In this document: piece by piece, positions 25,232 through 36,943 of the stretch
How the letters are laid out: the number at the start of each line of letters is the position of its first letter
How positions within the stretch are numbered: position 1 is the first letter of the stretch
From: Octopus bimaculoides
Lineage: Eukaryota
Length of the DNA: 64,000 bases
Reading direction: 5' to 3'
Assembly: GCF_001194135.2 (NCBI RefSeq)
Contig: NC_068982.1
Coordinates: 185,173,798-185,237,797, forward strand
Program-made: the position numbers and the translations under genes
The notes under the pieces: model-generated
Database searches by the model: none
Told to the model about the DNA's origin: nothing
What the model saw: only the letters and a program-made list of their open reading frames with translations

Positions 25232-26414
25232 GTGAGAAACTGCTCTGTTGATAGTAAAGGGCTTAAAGTTGTACTCTATAGGTATTATTTTGTTATTGTT
25301 TCTATTCTTGTTACTATTTCTATTGTTACAGGTATTTAATTGTTTTATATTGAAATNNNNNNNNNNNNNNNNNNNNNNNNNNNNNNNNNNNNNNNNNNNN
25401 NNNNNNNNNNNNNNNNNNNNNNNNNNNNNNNNNNNNNNNNNNNNNNNNNNNNNNNNNNNNNNNNNNNNNNNNNNNNNNNNNNNNNNNNNNNNNNNNNNNN
25501 NNNNNNNNNNNNNNNNNNNNNNNNNNNNNNNNNNNNNNNNNNNNNNNNNNNNNNNNNNNNNNNNNNNNNNNNNNNNNNNNNNNNNNNNNNNNNNNNNNNN
25601 NNNNNNNNNNNNNNNNNNNNNNNNNNNNNNNNNNNNNNNNNNNNNNNNNNNNNNNNNNNNNNNNNNNNNNNNNNNNNNNNNNNNNNNNNNNNNNNATCTG
25701 ATTTGGCTGGATGCCCTTCCTAACGCCAACCACTCCGAGAGTGTAGTGGGTGCTTTTACGTGCCACCGGCACAAGGGCCAGTCAGACGGGTACTGGCAAC
25801 GGCCACGCTCGAAATGGTGTGTTTTACGTGCCACCTGCACAGGAGCCAGTCCATCGGCACTGGCAACGATCTCGCTCAAATGTCTTTTCAAAGATATATA
25901 TATATATATATAATCCAAGAAAGTTAGGGGTTGTGAATCCAACCCACTAAGGGATAATATCTATCCAATGTACTGATATACTGCCGGAAGGATACCCAAT
26001 AACTATTACACTAGTGTTTTTTTTACCAAGTGCAATAAATGGGTGCGGGTAAAAGGAAATTTTACCCTTTATTTATATAGCAATAAGAAAATGGAGGGGA
26101 ATATGTGGTACTCATCAGGCTTATTCTTAGACAGCTATATATGTGTATGTATGTATATTTATATACATATACACACACACACACATATATTGATAATAAG
26201 GAGAATGAAGAATTTAAACATTCTAACTTTGTTTTTATTTCCATTTAGTTTATACATAATAATTGTCCAACACGTGTTTCAATTGCATTAACTGCATATT
26301 GTTGCATTTTTATATGCACTGATTTATGCACTGTTAGTACGATCTCTTCAAGATACATAAGTATGACATTGTTTGAAGAAGAATTTTCCTCCGCTATTAG
26401 TTTGAATTAGACTT

Positions 26415-26471
<57 letters not shown>

Positions 26472-26558
26472 CAGGGCTAATTCAAACTAATAGCAGAGGA
26501 ATAAGCCTGTAAAAATATGCACTCTTATTTGTCTATAAAGTGGGTATATTAATCGAAG

Positions 26559-26732
26559 TGTACAGTATTGTATATTGATCTTACCAATCAGTATTTCTCT
26601 AGGGGTTCAATGGAGTGTTAGATAACACCTGGTACAGGTTTACATAACTGGGCTGTTATCTAAAACTCTGTTGAACCCCTAGTGCGAAACTGATTGGTAA
26701 GATTGGCTGTAATAGATATATAATACTGTACA
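26559..26732. repeat. Foldback/MITE-like inverted repeat
   Basis: TGTACAGTATT..ATCTTACCAATCAGT..CTAGGGGTTCAA..TTAGATAAC is mirrored by GTTATCTAA..TTGAACCCCTAG..ACTGATTGGTAAGAT..AATACTGTACA. Confidence 0.75.
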
Positions 26733-27070
26733 ATTTGATTAACATCACACACACACGCACACACACAAGCAATGTAGTGATCACTACAGATGAGCTTTTA
26801 TTCCAAGGGAAATTAGCTTGCTAGTATAGTGACCTTGCTCGCTGTGGGACAGTTATCTCCCCTGTCAGTACATAGACAATGTGCTATTTGTGGCTATAAG
26901 GGTCTTTGACTCTTGTTTCTAGCAATGTAGGTGCTATCCTACACCCACAGTCACTATTAGTGACAATTGAATTTTTCCTTTTTGGTTTTATACTGTGTCT
27001 AGCCATCTTTGTTATTTTATGCATATATATATATTATATGAAACTTTTCTCCTCCATTACTCCATTACAG

Positions 27071-29635
27071 GGTCCTATTGGTTATACACCTATATGTCAA
27101 TGTATGCCAATTGTGAAGAGAATCGAAAAGAACATGGATGAGACGAAGGAGAACCTTTACGACCACATTGATGCCTCACACCAGATATTACAGAACCGCA
27201 TCAACCAGCTGGACAAACGGACATCACAGCAGGTTTTCTCTATTGATCGTCTTAATAAGGAGAGGTTGGATGCTTCTCATAGCCAGTGTAAACAACATAT
27301 TGATACTCAGTTCAACCAGCAGCGTAAAAATGCTGAACGTTTATATACAAAATACAATGAGAACGTAAAATCTGAACTTCAAGCCTGGCTTGAGACGAGA
27401 TTAACTGATGAGGAAAGTTGTCACCCTCACCACCATGATGACTCGGGATTTTACCATCGAAGTGTTTTCTTTGATGTTGTTGAGAATGAAAATGGTCGGT
27501 TGTTTCGATCGCGTTCTGATGAAACTTTGTCACAGTCAGACTACAGCGTAAGACATCGGAAAAAAGACTTTTATGAAAATCGGCAAGCTGCAATGCAACA
27601 GATCCGTGCTTGGCAAACTCCTGACAGATACAGACGCCGTGATAATTATCCTGTCAGAGACAGCTCTTTGAGACAGTTACCAAATGTATCAGTTAGAAAT
27701 GTAGTAACTGTTCCACATGGTCCCAGTATTACTCGTCCCCGCACTATGATAGAATGTACATCCCCAAATCAGACATCTTCCTTTAATCCCCCTCCACCTG
27801 CTATAGCTCAGCTCTCTTTAGAATCCTCTCCAACTTCTAAAGCATTTGAAAATAGGGCAGTGAAACCATTTACTCCTTCAAAATTAAGGCACTCCACACT
27901 TCCCTCTAAAGCAAATAGCCCCAATTTACCTTCAACATCCTCTCAAGGTCTTGCCCCAGGACATTCAGGTACTTTAAAACACCAAAGCCAGGTAATGCCT
28001 CACTTAAGCCACAGTAGTCAGGGCCAAAAGGATGAAAGGCAAAATTTAGTGGAAAGGGGCCCACCAGAAGTAAGCAAAATGATAGGACCTGGGATGGGCC
28101 CCAATAATGTATTTACTTCAAATCAGCCAACACTGAGACAATTTAATGAAAACTCTATGGAAAAAGATTCCAAGGAAACAGTTAGGAACCAGAGACAGTT
28201 TTTAACTGTTTCTAGTTACTCTGTGACAAAAACTTCTGAAACTCAGTTGTTACAAACAAAACAGTTTCTCCCCAAATCACCTGCTGCCAAAAACAGCAAT
28301 GAAGATTCCAATGGAATGAGGCCCCGAAGTCATAGCCAAGACATGCTTGCTGATTCATCATCCCGTGACATAATTCGGGAAAAAAAATGTATAGGTTATT
28401 ATCATTCTGAACGAACAATGCCATTAGACCGGAGTAAATCTTACGGTAACCTCAAAGAAGAATTATCAGGAACACAGTCTAATAGTGTCACATTACAGTC
28501 AAATACAGCAATGATGTCACAGTACAGTCATCATCAGTCGTATACAGTGCCAACACCTTTCAAAACTGCTCCTCCACCAAACTCTGCTTATTCTAACAGT
28601 GTCAACAACACAAAATACACAAGACCTTCTATGGCAGATTCTGCTGCAAAATCATATGGAACTGAAGCAAAGCAGTCTCCACAGAAAGATATGGTATTTT
28701 CCAATTCTAGTCAGTCTGTCTGCAAAGAACAGTATCAAAAACAAATGCAGAAAGGTTTGTCACAGACAGCACTAGACTACACATCTCCTTACAAGAATCC
28801 CACACTAGACTACTCTTCTCCTTACAAGAACCCTGCACTAAATCGCACATCTCCTTACAAGAATACGGCACTAAGCTATCACAGCAATAGCAAAAACATG
28901 CTAGGGAACCAACAGATGGATAATCCTAACCTCAACGACACTCTCAACCCTCTTAGTAGATCAGAACCACAACTGATGAAAGCAGACAGTTCAGATGGCC
29001 ACCATTACCGAAACAGTCCAACAGCTTTGTCATCAAAAATAGTTAATGCACCGACCAATAACAGTAGTGCAGCAGCTTGTGTCCAAAATAACAGCCACCA
29101 AAACCATTGGTCTTCATCTCCACTACAGAAATCCAACTCCAAACTCTCATCTCCAATGTTAGACTGGTGTCATAAAGAGGACTCCAGCAGCAACCCTGAT
29201 TCAGGCTATAGCTGTCGTATCTATGGGAATGGAAACAACAGAAGTAGTACATTACTGAATACATCACACAGCAACACAGCAACTCCAACATCTTCATTTA
29301 GTGGAACTGATCAGAGTCCGAGTACAGCATCTGCCTCTTTACAACTGTCACCTTACAGAGGACAGCTACAGAACCAAGTAGCCAGAGACAGCTATGATGA
29401 TCGACAGTCATCAAACAAACAGTATTTTGAGTCAGTCACAGCTCATCTTCAGAATTGGTACAGCAAGAAAAAACTAGAGACTTCTCAAAAGGAAGTACCA
29501 AAGACTCTTTCACCAACATTATTACAACAACACCAGCAACAAATAGCACCATCTTTTGGTACAAATAATCCATATTTGGCAACTAATTATCCCCCTACAC
29601 CAGTGAAAGGCTACATCAGAGGAAGTGATGTATAG
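27071..29635 (+). CDS. ANKRD6: ANKRD6-like terminal exon: CxC motif, coiled coil and long S/T/N/Q-rich tail, ending GSDV-stop
   Basis: ccattacag acceptor in frame with the ORF-track 909-aa ORF; 854 codons plus TAG. YYRDLAGNIKE|GPIGYTPICQCMPIVKRIEK...ELQAWL resembles the central [26 protein letters not shown]...ELKTWC region of vertebrate ANKRD6 (recalled from memory, not aligned by tool). Confidence 0.88.
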   Translation, partial: GPIGYTPICQCMPIVKRIEKNMDETKENLYDHIDASHQILQNRINQLDKRTSQQVFSIDRLNKERLDASHSQCKQHIDTQFNQQRKNAERLYTKYNENVKSELQAWLETRLTDEESCHPHHHDDSGFYHRSVFFDVVENENGRLFRSRSDETLSQSDYSVRHRKKDFYENRQAAMQQIRAWQTPDRYRRRDNYPVRDSSLRQLPNVSVRNVVTVPHGPSITRPRTMIECTSPNQTSSFNPPPPAIAQLSLESSPTSKAFENRAVKPFTPSKLRHSTLPSKANSPNLPSTSSQGLAPGHSGTLKHQSQVMPHLSHSSQGQKDERQNLVERGPPEVSKMIGPGMGPNNVFTSNQPTLRQFNENSMEKDSKETVRNQRQFLTVSSYSVTKTSETQLLQTKQFLPKSPAAKNSNEDSNGMRPRSHSQDMLADSSSRDIIREKKCIGYYHSERTMPLDRSKSYGNLKEELSGTQSNSVTLQSNTAMMSQYSHHQSYTVPTPFKTAPPPNSAYSNSVNNTKYTRPSMADSAAKSYGTEAKQSPQKDMVFSNSSQSVCKEQYQKQMQKGLSQTALDYTSPYKNPTLDYSSPYKNPALNRTSPYKNTALSYHSNSKNMLGNQQMDNPNLNDTLNPLSRSEPQLMKADSSDGHHYRNSPTALSSKIVNAPTNNSSAAACVQNNSHQNHWSSSPLQKSNSKLSSPMLDWCHKEDSSSNPDSGYSCRIYGNGNNRSSTLLNTSHSNTATPTSSFSGTDQSPSTASASLQLSPYRGQLQNQVARDSYDDRQSSNKQYFESVTAHLQNWYSKKKLETSQKEVPKTLSPTLLQQHQQQIAPSFGTNNPYLATNYPPTPVKGYIRGSDV

Positions 29636-29953
29636 TAACATTAACATCATACATATACATTCCGTAATACTTTCACATTCCATCATACATATTCCATCAT
29701 ACGTACACACTTTCTCTCTTGCACATGCATACACTCCATAATACACTATATTATTAAAGATATATGTACACATAGATACCTGTATATATGTATATACTCA
29801 CATTCCAATTTATTAGTGTTATAAATGATGAGAAAATGTTTGAAATTGTCTACATGTGCATATATATTCATGTAAATATGTGTGTGTATGTGTATATATG
29901 AAGATACATTAATAGACTTTAACATTATTCTGTTATCATCCAAACATCTTGAA

Positions 29954-30374
29954 AATAAATTAAGGCCAAGGTACCAAGGCAAAAATATACCTTACATACT
30001 AACACACCATTAGTTATCAATTCAACATTTAGTCATCATCCGTCTCAACAACTCCAAAGTTCAAGTTTACAAGATACTAATTTAACAATTCCATGTTTCA
30101 GGTAATCCCTCCTTCTATAAAGAATCAAATAACATCTGGAAGTAATCTGGATTAACTGTGGGTCAGTTGGTACAGTAATTAATATCCTGATAAGACATGA
30201 TCAAAAACATCAAACACACTTCAAAATCAAGTGTATTTAATGAATAAATTACAAAGTCAATATATTTAATGAGTAAATTGCAAAGCCAATGTATTTCATG
30301 CTGTGGTGGAAAGGAAGAATTGTAAGCCAACATCAGAGACAATGGTCCTTCCGCAAGAGAGAAAGGAAAATAAA
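29954..30374 (+). terminator. Candidate polyadenylation signals of the ANKRD6-like gene
   Basis: AATAAA at 29954, 30243 and 30369 downstream of the stop codon. The DNA is AT-rich, so chance matches are likely. Confidence 0.3.
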
Positions 30375-30475
30375 ACAGAAAACATTAGCATACACAATGT
30401 TGGTTTAAAAGACTCTTTAAATCCTATAATCATTTGTATTAGAGGTGTAAATGATGCTATAGCCTATTAAGATGT

Positions 30476-31010
30476 AGTTCATTGTGAGAGGGATACTAGG
30501 GTTTATTCTGGTGAAGTCCACATTCTGAAAGGGGTGTTAAGGTCTATTTATGGTGCAATTGACTGTGAGAAGAGTGCTAGCATCTATGGTGTGGTTCATT
30601 GCAAGAGGGGTACTAGGGTCTATTCACAGTGCAACACATTGTGTGAGGAGTGCTAGGGTTAATTATGGTGGAGTTCATTGTGAAAGGGGTGCTAAAGTCC
30701 ATTTATGGTGCAGTTCATTATTAAAGGGGTGCTACAGTTCATTTAGGATTTAGTTCATTGTGCAAGGGATGCTAGAATCTATTTGTAGCTCAGTTCATTG
30801 TGTGAAGAGGTTATGGTGTATGTAGTCCTGTGTATTGTGTGAGGAGTGCTATGGTGTATTTGTGATCCAGTTCGCTGGATGGTTAGTGCTATGGTGTATT
30901 TGTGATCCAGTTCACTGGATGGTTAGTGCTATGATGCATGTATGGTCTGGTCCATTATATGAAGGGTAATATCCTGTACATGTGGTCCAGTCTATTGTGT
31001 GTTGGATGTG
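30476..31010. repeat. Degenerate minisatellite, period about 40 bp
   Basis: Units resemble AGTTCATTGTGAAAGGGGTGCTAAAGTCCATTTATGGTGC (for example 30672 to 30712). About 13 units. Confidence 0.8.
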
Positions 31011-33196
31011 GGGATGTATTTACATTTCTAAATCCCTTGGTTTATCCATTATTTGTCTCTTTCCTGCCTGGCAGATAGAATATTGGAGGCTAAGATGAAA
31101 TCAGTTAGTTTTAGAGGAGCAGAGGCCATTGTAGCAATGTAAAGAAAAAGAGGACAACAATGTAACATGTTCTTAGGTGGATGGATTTTTCTGGAATGTG
31201 TGCTTTGATGTATGTATGTGTGTACGTACGTTTGTATATATAGGTGTGTGTATGAATGTAATATTGGTTTCAAATTTGGCACAAGGCCAGCAATTTCGGG
31301 AGAGAGGATAAGTTGATTACATCGACCCCAGTGTTCAACTGGTACTTATTTTATCGACCCCAGAAGGACGAAAGGCAAAGTCAAACCCAGCGAAATTTAA
31401 ACTCTGATCCTGGCAGAATTTGAACTTAAAATGTAGACAGACAATATGCTGCTCAGCATTTTGCCCAACATGCTAACGATTGTGTCAGCTCACTGCCTGA
31501 CGGGATGTAATATTCAAAGCACTAGATATAGAATATGTTGAGGATTTGTGACAGGGCTGTCTTCTGATCTTTTATAGAATCAAAGTTTCATTATTGTCAG
31601 TACTGTTGTTGCCACCACTGATGTCACTGCCAGCAACAGCATCATTATCATCATCATCTTCACCACCACAATTACCACCACCACCACCATCACTGCTTTC
31701 ATCAATCATCATTAATAACGAATCAGTCATTCCATTAGGCATGTGTTATAGCTGTGCCCTTAAAAATCTTGTGTCTTTGAACAATGGCAGCCCCTTGCCC
31801 AAATCATATACTGTAATTCATGGCATTTTTGAAAGTCTCAAATTTATTTAACCCATGTTCCAAGGCTAGTGTTGTAAATTTGACAATCTTGTGGTAGCTT
31901 CCTCTTTGAATTGCTTCATCCCTAATTGAAAAGTACAGGATTTCTCAGATCTACTCCCTCTCCAAGTACTGACAATTTATGATTGGTTAATAGTATAAGT
32001 ACTGTGGAAGGCACATGAGCTAGTGGTTAAGGTGTTGCATTTATGCTTGCAAGGTTGTAGTTTCAATTCCTGGACAAGGCAGTGTGTTCATTTCATTTTG
32101 TTTCAGTTCACTCAGTTGTAAATGAGTTAACCCCGAGATGGACTGGTGTCCTGTTCAGTGGAGAGTAATTGTAATTTCAGTCAATTATACACCATGGAAA
32201 TTGGGTTAAACTCTCACTTCAGGAGTTGTAGGGATCATGACAGACTTAGGTCTAAGTATGCTAACATGGACTTAGACTATTACGTCCAAGTAAATATTAA
32301 TATTAATAATTAATGTGCTGTATGGAAATAAGAGAATTGGGAATTCAACACCATTCCATGTAGATTTGGACTTGTGTTGAATTCTTAATTCTCTTACTTC
32401 TGTATGATACATTAATTGTCAATATTAAGATTTGCACCTGGTTGGTGAGCTTGCAGAATCATTAGCGTGCCAGGTAAAATAAATTATTGATTAAGAATTT
32501 TTTAGACTGTTAAAAACTATTTCCTTGTCTACATGGGTAAAGGCATGTGGCCTAGTGATTAAGATACTGCACTCTTGATTGTAAGATTGTGGTTTCACTT
32601 CTCAGATAAGGCAGTACATTGTGTTCTTGAGCAAAACATTTCATTTCATTTTACTCCAGTTCACTCCGCTCTAAATGAGTTCCAGCAATATCTGGGAAGT
32701 TAACCCTGAGATGGACTGGCATCCTATTCAGTGGAGAGTAATTGTAATGTCAGTCACTTATACACCATGAAAAGTGGATTAAACTTAAAACTTATGAGTC
32801 CTGGGGCTCATGACAGATTTAATATAAGTATTATAACCCCTTTTCTTTGGATCAGGCCCTTTTATGAAGCAAATTCAAGCTGTTGGTGCTATGTTTACCT
32901 CTCACTACCAACAATGAGTGCTTCATGGCCAGTTATTCTTCTTTCATCTTCTATCTTTTACTTGTTTCTGTCATTAGACTGGCCATGCAGGGGCACCACC
33001 TTGAAGAATTTTTAGTGAAATGAATTGACCCTAGTACTTATTTTTCTGGTTGTCAAACAAGTGGTGGGGGACAAACACAGACTCAAATCCATTCAAAAGG
33101 TCCAAGGCACTTGCCCAAGGTGCCATGCAGTGGGACTGAACTTGGGACCATGTGGTTGGGAAGCAAGTTTCTTACCACACAGCCATGCCCACACTT

Positions 33197-33230
<34 letters not shown>

Positions 33231-35244
33231 AAGCTGCATAATCTCTCTTAGATCAAACATACTGTGTCAAAAAATGAAAGACACACCGAATAATGTTGTT
33301 CTAGTTATACTAGGTCTAAATAAAAGATCATGTTTGAAATGTCATAGGTCTGCTGGATGAGAACTGACCTGGTGCTAAACAAAAAAATAACATCAGTGAA
33401 GATAGCCAATGACTAAAGCGTATACCATTAGTATACTTCTCTATTGCAATCACAATTTCTCTCCTCTTTAGCTAGAGGTTTCATTTGTATATAAACTTAA
33501 TACTTACTAAAATACTGGTCTCAAAACAATGGTGATGATAGGGCATGAACTCATAACCTGTAGTTGAGAGACCAGAGTTTTAATCACTCAGCCATTTAGT
33601 AGTTGTTCAACTCCAAGTCAGCCCTGATCATGCAGATCTATGATTAAAGGCATTCCAACCATAACCATCTCATCTTTTCACAAGTGCAGGGAATCTGTCA
33701 CTACATTATTCAGTGTGTCTTTTTAAAACTGGTAGGGTGCGATTTGAAGGGTGTTTGGCTGTCATTTCTAGCTGGTCAAGAACCCACATAAGACTAGATG
33801 TTGAACCACTCAGTCACTGCAAAACTCACATTTGTTTTATTTTTCCCTCTACATTTGCATTTAGGTACTTATTTTTCTATACCTCTAAGAGATAAGTTGT
33901 ATAAAGTTATCCTCTGGAAAGGAGATTAGCCTGTTGTGGGTGACTCCTCCTTAAAAAATTGGTACTCCTTACACATAGACAAACTGAAGTAATACAAATT
34001 TAAAAATCATGTTCTGAAACAAAACATTTGTTTTGGATTTGAACTCCTAACCCCCTATAACTACTTCTTTCTCTAAATAGCCTTCTTTTGAGAAAGCAAT
34101 AATGAAATGATCAATTAAATCAGGATATGAGAAATACAATGGTGTGGAAGGAACATATTTGATTTTATCATAGTCCTTATGATCAAGATCATGCTTTAGC
34201 TCTTAGAGAAACTGTGTAGCTTTGTGTCTTGATAAAAATAACATCTATTAGCCTCCAGACATCAACAATTGAACATCAATTGTTGAGAATCTGCATCAGT
34301 CTGTGAGAATCTGCAAATATCATGGTCACTGTCCTTCTTTAAAGTAAGACAAATAAAACCATTATCTCAACTGTGTACTCGGCAGTTCTTAGACATTGTT
34401 GTTTAGTTCCAGTTAGTTTTGATCATGGAAACCATTAACAGATGTTGTCAGTCAAACTAAATGCAACTCACAAATATCTTGTGTGAAGACTGCACACTCT
34501 AATATGCAGAAGTTTATTTGTATAAAAAGCGTTGTGTCTTCATCTGTGCATACCCCTCACCCCTCTACTAGTTAGTTTGGTTTTTGTATATCTGTAAGTT
34601 CTGGTAGTAATTGCAGAGAAAATTGGCAAGGTGGATGTAGTTGAAGAGTTACAATTGTTTCTTTGTATGTTGGTGGTGTTATATCTCAGCACAGTGTTTT
34701 GGGTTAGTGAGGTTGTTGCTAAGAGAGAGAGAGAGAAGGAGAGTATGTGTGTGTGTGTGTGCATGTATGTGTTGTAGCAAGCTTTGTCAAGTTTGGGTTT
34801 AATAATCAGCGCAATTTCAAGAAGACTTTTATGTGAAATAATTACACATGAGAATGATTCTACAAAATGTCTTATCTAAGTGGTGCTGGTCAGTAATAGG
34901 AAGGGTATCTAGCTGTCAACTACTTGGTTCAATAATACATGTTTGTACATATTTACATAACCCACCTAACAGACTGCAGCATGGGAAAAATGGACCAAAA
35001 AAAATGTAAAATAAAAGAAGTACAAGGATTAAATTAAAGAGGTACAGGGATTACTTTTCAAAGAGGAGGGGATAGAATCCAGTATGCTGACATCCACCTC
35101 TCTATCTCACCCATTATATTACTAATGGGGAGGGGAGGGATAATAGGCTAAAGTTCCCGAATGGGATAGGAACTAAATAATTCCTGAGAAAGAATTGAAT
35201 AGAATGGTTCTTGACTGTCTTCACCGTTTCAATCCCAGCTACTC

Positions 35245-35665
35245 TGTGCTCACATCTTGATTAATCCATCATGTTTACTTAGTTCACATCTCAGTTAATC
35301 CTCCATGTTTATTTAGTTCACGTCCCAATTGATCCATCCTGTTCCCTTGTTTCCCATCTCAAACCACCATCTTTACATAGACTGTTCACATCTCTTAATC
35401 CACCACGTTCAATTACTCCATGTTCATTCACAATCCACCCTGTTCACATTTCAGTTAATCCATCATGTTCATTTAGTTAATTAATTCACCCATGTCACTT
35501 TGTTCACATTTCAATTAACCTTGTTCACTTCAACCATTCACATTTCAGTGTTAACTAAGACAAATCACAAATAACATTCCAATTCATCATGTTCATTTAA
35601 TTCGCATGACTCCACCTTCTTCACTTAGACTGGAGGGCATAATTAATTCATCCTGTTCACTTGGA
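35245..35665. repeat. Degenerate minisatellite, period about 34 bp
   Basis: Recurring TTAATCCATCATGTT..TTAGTTCACATCTCAG units. Confidence 0.65.
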
Positions 35666-35904
35666 TAGGAAGTTCTAGTTTTTGTCTTGTTTTTAACAAA
35701 ATGTTTGTAAATATTTGTTTGGTTTATTCATTGTTTATTTCTAATTGTTTTTAAAAAATATATTCATATATGTCTATATATATAATGTACTTATATATGT
35801 TTATATAATGTGTATATATATATATANNNNNNNNNNNNNNNNNNNNNNNNNNNNNNNNNNNNNNNNNNNNNNNNNNNNNNNTACACACATACACACACAA
35901 TGTA

Positions 35905-35943
<39 letters not shown>

Positions 35944-36893
35944 CATTCATGCACACACACACACATATATATATATAGTACATACATATTAAAAATAATG
36001 TTTTCATATTTTCTACAATTATTATTTTTAAATAAAAAAAAATAGAGAAATTATTATACCTTGTTCATGTTATTTCTTTGAATGACTGAAATACCTGCGT
36101 AACCTATGATCTCTCTGACCAGATATACAACATGTAATGTTCCAAACCATGATGGTAATTACAAGAATACAGTAAAACATTAGCTACAAGAAGGCACTAT
36201 TACCACCTGATTAACTTCACTAGTGTGACACCTCTGGCCATGTAAAGTATGAGAAATTTATCTCTGACACTGTCATCATTATCATCATCATTATTTAATG
36301 CCTATTTTCCATGTTGGCATGGGTTGGATGGTTTGATTTTGGCTTGGTTTTTATGGTTGGATGCCCTTCCTAATGCCAACCTCTTTACAAAATGTGCTGG
36401 GTGCTTTTAACATGGATTAGCAACAGTTGGGTTGAGAAATATCAAGCAATCTAACTGGAAGTAATCTACTGAAGAAGAAGACAGGAAGATGTGGTGAAGG
36501 CTGAACTTCATGAAGGAGATGATAAAGAGCTGCAATAAGTGGCAAGATATAGTGCATACAAACTTTGCAAAGTGTGCATATGATGATAATGATGTTAATA
36601 ATATTGTATTTAAGCATTCAGTTGTGTGAATCCAAGGATCATTTGTGATGTTTGCACCAAAACCTCAATTAGATATTTACTCATCCTTTCAGAAGCACCA
36701 ATAATTCATAGATCCATGCAGCTAAATCAGACACTATAAAACAGATATATGTTATATTTAAAATGATTTTATTCCAAAAAAGTTTGAAGTGTACAAGAAT
36801 TTTTTTTCATTTAACATTATCAAAATTTCATAAATATTTTACAGGGATCACAGATTTCATAAATTCAGAACTAACCTGGTTGTGGGCGTGTGT

Positions 36894-36943
<50 letters not shown>

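Noticed and set aside
26906-27070. Hydrophobic N-terminal extension (MTLVSS...FFLFGFILCLAIFVILC) of the 909-aa ORF, suggesting a membrane protein
   Set aside because: It lies upstream of the acceptor at 27070 and is pyrimidine-rich intron. The spliced YYRDLAGNIKE|GPIG junction restores ANKRD6 homology.
36417-36617. Hydrophobic 66-aa minus-strand ORF downstream of ACAT1
   Set aside because: There is no recognisable family or splice partner, and it begins in low-complexity AT-rich sequence.
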